A DNA stretch of 64,000 nucleotides, taken from the NCBI GenBank assembly GCA_963752595.1, contig CAVVYZ010000001.1:32001-96000 (forward strand), written 5' to 3'. Shown here piece by piece: positions 60,537 to 64,000 of this stretch. Below the pieces are notes generated by a model. That model ran no database searches, was not told where the DNA came from, and saw nothing but the letters and a program-made list of their open reading frames with translations. Made by a program: the position numbers and the translations under genes. The stretch is from an uncultured delta proteobacterium (lineage in GTDB: Bacteria > Desulfobacterota > Desulfomonilia > UBA1062). Each line of letters starts with the position of its first letter. The first letter of the stretch is position 1.

Positions 60537-61955
60537 TCAAGAAACTTGCCCGCCTTTGAATTTCCTCTGGAACTGCGCATACCGGATGAGGTGAAGGATC
60601 GCCTTGAAGCTGTCCTCCGGGTGCTCGATGTAATACACACCCTGATCGTGATAATACTTCCTGGCATAGTCATTGATCTCCCGGAAGGACAGGGCGACGA
60701 CCGGCTTGTCAGCTGTGCGGGCAAGAGGAAAGACGGTTTCGTTGAAAAGCCTGGGCATGCCGTCGTTATCGTCTGCGGGCGCAAAGGACAGGCAAGCGAT
60801 CATGCCGAGATTCTCATCATCGAGCAGGACTTTGAGGATTTCACCCATGCCCTGGGAGAATCCCGATCCTGTCACATCCAGGGGATTGTCCGGCTGTGCG
60901 AACTCCGGAAGGATTGCGTTCAGCGAAGCGACCGTCTTTTCCGAGAGCTTGGGCAGTTCAATGCCATAACGGCTGCACAGGTCTGCATAGAGCCCGCAGA
61001 GCCCTCCGGAAAGCGTGCAGATACCTAAGCCTGTGCCCTGAGGGAGGCGGCAGCGGGAGAAGATGGTCGCTGTTTCCACGAGCTCTTCGATCGTGTCGAC
61101 ACGGACGATGCCATACTGCCTGAAGAATCCCTCCATTGCGGCATCGTTGCCTGCCATGGCGCCTGTATGGGAGCGGGCGGCCTGCATACCTTTTTCCGAT
61201 CGGCCGACCTTGATGAGGATAATGGGAATCTCCCTTTCTGCAGCAACGACAGCGATTTCCTTCATCCTCGAGATATCCCTGAACCCCTCCATAAAGGCGG
61301 TGATCACGCGCGTGCGGCTGTCGTGCACGAGATACTCCATACAGTCTTCCGTTGTGATCATGGCCTCGTTGCCTGTGGCTGCGTACAGAGAAATACCCAG
61401 CGACCTCTTCAGGAGCTTGGTTGCAATCATCTCGCTGCTGGCACCGCTCTGGCCGAGCAGCGCAATGGAGCCCGGCAGCAGCTCTCCCTCGACGGACCCG
61501 CCGGTGAAGACGCTCACCCTCTCGGACAGGTTCATGAAACCGAGACAGTTCGGGCCCATGAGCCTGATGTCATGCTCGCGGCAGAAACGGGTGAGCTCTT
61601 CCTGATGCGATACGCCTTCGCCGCCCATTTCGGCATAGCCCGAGGATATGAGCAGCACATCCTTCACTCCTTTCCGAAGAAGTTCCTGAAGGGATTGTAA
61701 GACGAGGGTGCTTTTTACCATGATTACTGCAAAGTCGATCGTACCTTCCGGAAGGCTTGGGATAGAAGGGTATGCCCTGATGCCGCAGACCTCTGATGCC
61801 TTGGGATTGACGGGGTATATGCGGCCGGCGAGGCCCGCCTGATAGGCATACCTGACCATGTTGGCGAACCAGTGGTTCTTTGTCGAGGCGCCGACTACTG
61901 CAATATGAGTTGGCGAGAAGAATTTTTTTATCCTTTCAAAGGTTGCCTGTTCCAT
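60537..61955 (-). CDS. ADP-forming acyl-CoA synthetase alpha subunit (CoA-binding protein)
   Basis: IAVVGAS, YPVNP, GPNCLG, QSGA, GNEA, KVGRS, SHTG (phospho-His), NPLDV. Confidence 0.9.
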   Translation of the reverse strand: MEQATFERIKKFFSPTHIAVVGASTKNHWFANMVRYAYQAGLAGRIYPVNPKASEVCGIRAYPSIPSLPEGTIDFAVIMVKSTLVLQSLQELLRKGVKDVLLISSGYAEMGGEGVSHQEELTRFCREHDIRLMGPNCLGFMNLSERVSVFTGGSVEGELLPGSIALLGQSGASSEMIATKLLKRSLGISLYAATGNEAMITTEDCMEYLVHDSRTRVITAFMEGFRDISRMKEIAVVAAEREIPIILIKVGRSEKGMQAARSHTGAMAGNDAAMEGFFRQYGIVRVDTIEELVETATIFSRCRLPQGTGLGICTLSGGLCGLYADLCSRYGIELPKLSEKTVASLNAILPEFAQPDNPLDVTGSGFSQGMGEILKVLLDDENLGMIACLSFAPADDNDGMPRLFNETVFPLARTADKPVVALSFREINDYARKYYHDQGVYYIEHPEDSFKAILHLIRYAQFQRKFKGGQVS

Positions 61956-62203
61956 ATGCAAGAGGTCTCCTTTCGCTTAACTGCTCATTCAAGATCATCC
62001 GACGATGAGCTTTGTCAAGAAAAAACGAACCTTTGTTCTTTTTTATCCGGCCCCGGAAGTCTCAAAGTGTCCCTTGGTATATGTGCAAAGAATATTATTC
62101 AAATATCTAGGCGCCATTGATATCTAAAACAGGGCAAAAACCCCGTATGCAGGCATTGGAGCAAAGCCGTGGAATATGGTTCGTAACGTCAAAGGAGGGA
62201 AAT

Positions 62204-62698
62204 ATGACAGGGAGAAGACGGATTATAGTGCCGACTGCAGCGGCCTTTATCATTCTCGGGCTGGCTGCCGTACTATCTGCCGAGGAAAGCCTTTCATTCA
62301 CTGAAGCGGTAAAGCTCTATCCTGCCCCCAGCCAGCACGATTCCTATTCGCTCTACTACGATATCACCATAGAATCTCCCGGCCTCATCTGCATCGGCCT
62401 CGAGGTCAGCGATGTCTTCCCCGAAGTGCAGAACAGGGGCAAGTTCATAAGCGTATCCCTGAGGCAGCGCGACGAGGAGAGAGAGGTGCGCTTCGTCGAA
62501 CTGGGAAGGGAAGGCGGTACATTTTCCTATGGTGTCGATGCCTATGAGCTGAACCTGACCAAAGGGGAATACCGGATCGTGGTCTCAAACTGGTCGCTGC
62601 AGAATACCATTGCAGCAAAGCTCGTGGCCTTATACCCTGGCACAGTGGAGGCCGAGGTCGAAACAAAGATTCTCATGATCCCCGGAAGCGCGATCTGA
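62204..62698 (+). CDS. Secreted beta-rich hypothetical protein
   Basis: AGGAGG RBS, signal peptide, GEYRIVVSN. Confidence 0.6.
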   Translation: MTGRRRIIVPTAAAFIILGLAAVLSAEESLSFTEAVKLYPAPSQHDSYSLYYDITIESPGLICIGLEVSDVFPEVQNRGKFISVSLRQRDEEREVRFVELGREGGTFSYGVDAYELNLTKGEYRIVVSNWSLQNTIAAKLVALYPGTVEAEVETKILMIPGSAI

Positions 62699-62755
62699 CC
62701 GATGGACAGGATGGCTCGTCTTCAGGACACCTTTGGCCAAAGCTTTGCTTTCCAC

Positions 62756-63475
62756 TTATGCATCTTCCGCCAGGTACTTCTCGCGGTTCAGGAGGAAATC
62801 TTTATAGATGAGGTAATAGTCAGTCTCTTCATACGCCACGCTGGTGAGCATGCTGCCTTCGAAAGAGACGATCGCGGCTCCGGGGCAGCTCAGGAGTATG
62901 GGTGAATGCGTGGCAATGATGAACTGGGCATGGCCGTCTCTGCTCTGCTCCCTGAGGAGCCGGACGAATTCGATCTGCCGGCGCGGGGATAGAGCTGTCT
63001 CGGGCTCGTCGAGAAAGTAAATGCCTTCGATGGCATAGCGTGCATGGAAAAACGACATGAAGGACTCGCCGTGTGACTGGGCCAGGAGGGACTTCCCGCC
63101 GAAATAATCGAGCAGATGGGGATCCGAGCAGGCCAGTTCGTCAATGACCTTTGAAAGGTGCTGATATCTTTCCGAAGAAAAGAAGGCGCCTGCCTTCCTG
63201 TCCTTTGTCCAGGCAATATCGATATATTTGAACAGATCCTCCTCGTGGGGATTGTTCCCGAACCTGCCCCTGTCCTCCTCCCAGATGTAGACGCTGCACC
63301 TCCTGGCAATGGCCTTGAGAAGCGTCGATTTGCCCGAGCCGTTCTCTCCGATGAAGAAAGTGATGTTCGTTGCGAACGAAAGGCTCCCGGTGTCGCGGAA
63401 GATGTTCAGGTTGAAGGGATAGGCGTCCTGCACCGGATAGGCTTCAGGATGAAAGAATACACTCTCGATATGCAT
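62756..63475 (-). CDS. Predicted ABC/AAA ATPase (COG3910 type)
   Basis: YPF, GENGSGKS, QSHGESF, LDEPETALSP, ATHSPIL. Confidence 0.9.
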   Translation of the reverse strand: MHIESVFFHPEAYPVQDAYPFNLNIFRDTGSLSFATNITFFIGENGSGKSTLLKAIARRCSVYIWEEDRGRFGNNPHEEDLFKYIDIAWTKDRKAGAFFSSERYQHLSKVIDELACSDPHLLDYFGGKSLLAQSHGESFMSFFHARYAIEGIYFLDEPETALSPRRQIEFVRLLREQSRDGHAQFIIATHSPILLSCPGAAIVSFEGSMLTSVAYEETDYYLIYKDFLLNREKYLAEDA

Positions 63476-63565
63476 CGCTCTGACACCTCTTAAAGACCTT
63501 TTTTATCATGGTATCCGGCCTGCGGGCAATCCAAAACGGTTACCTTTATCTGATCCTTGTTCCTC

Positions 63566-64000
63566 TCACCGGTGCTTTGCCACACCTGCCTGCCTGCACA
63601 TGTCCAGGATCGGGCAGGTGGAGCATTTCGGGAGCCGTGACGTGCAGATGTGCTTGCCGAAGGGAACGAGCAGCCGGTTGATATCCACCCAGTGCTTTCT
63701 GGGAAGGATCTTTTCAAGTTCCTTCAGGCTCTGCTCAGGTCTCGTCGTGTGTATGTAGCCCCAACGGTTCGGCACACGGTCCACATGTACGTCGACAGAG
63801 ATACGCGGCTGCCCGCAGGCCGCCCCCAGCACCAGGTTGGTGCACTTGGGTCCGACCCCCTGAAAAGACAGGAGCACTTTTTCCTCGCACGGAAGCTCGC
63901 CGCCGTATTCATCCATGATCCGGCAGGCGATACCATGGATGATGCGTGATTTCGTATCATGGAATCTGCAGGCTGAGATGGCTGCATCAATGCGGGCGGT
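63566..64000 (-). CDS. nth: Endonuclease III, partial (starts beyond the window; frameshift near 63945)
   Basis: HhH motif LLSFQGVGPKC, VDVHV, Fe-S loop CTSRLPKCSTCPILDMC. Confidence 0.9.
   Translation of the reverse strand, partial: TARIDAAISACRFHDTKSRIIHGIACRIMDEYGGELPCEEKVLLSFQGVGPKCTNLVLGAACGQPRISVDVHVDRVPNRWGYIHTTRPEQSLKELEKILPRKHWVDINRLLVPFGKHICTSRLPKCSTCPILDMCRQAGVAKHR

Noticed and set aside
1-64000. CRISPR array, tRNA/rRNA, transposase or integrase
   Set aside because: No regularly spaced repeats, RNA gene signatures or DDE/tyrosine/serine recombinase motifs were seen by eye.

Overview
Chromosomal window from a moderately GC-rich anaerobe. The gene content (acyl-CoA synthetases, CoA transferases, acyl-CoA dehydrogenase, ADP-forming acyl-CoA ligase, Fe-S proteins, PAS kinases) points to a Desulfobacterota/Syntrophales-like fatty-acid metaboliser; this is an inference. 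It holds about 55 genes or gene remnants. I found no rRNA, tRNA, CRISPR array, transposase or integrase. Several otherwise intact genes carry single-base frameshifts in short homopolymers, probably long-read assembly errors, while others are real remnants with truncations or internal deletions. The main leads are: (1) a glycyl-radical enzyme with an N-terminal SCP2-like lipid-binding domain, followed by a group II PLP decarboxylase and a poly-Fe-S protein, with no activase in view; (2) an AT-rich orphan gene fusing an HD-CE-type phosphohydrolase to an apparently non-catalytic eIF2B/MtnA-like domain; (3) dispersed REP-like dyads (GGTCAGGTCTTGC...GCAAGACCTGACC) and 44-50 bp diverged copies of neighbouring loci that bracket accessory genes, suggesting cassette-like gene acquisition; (4) a C5-methyltransferase/Vsr/HNH restriction-modification island.
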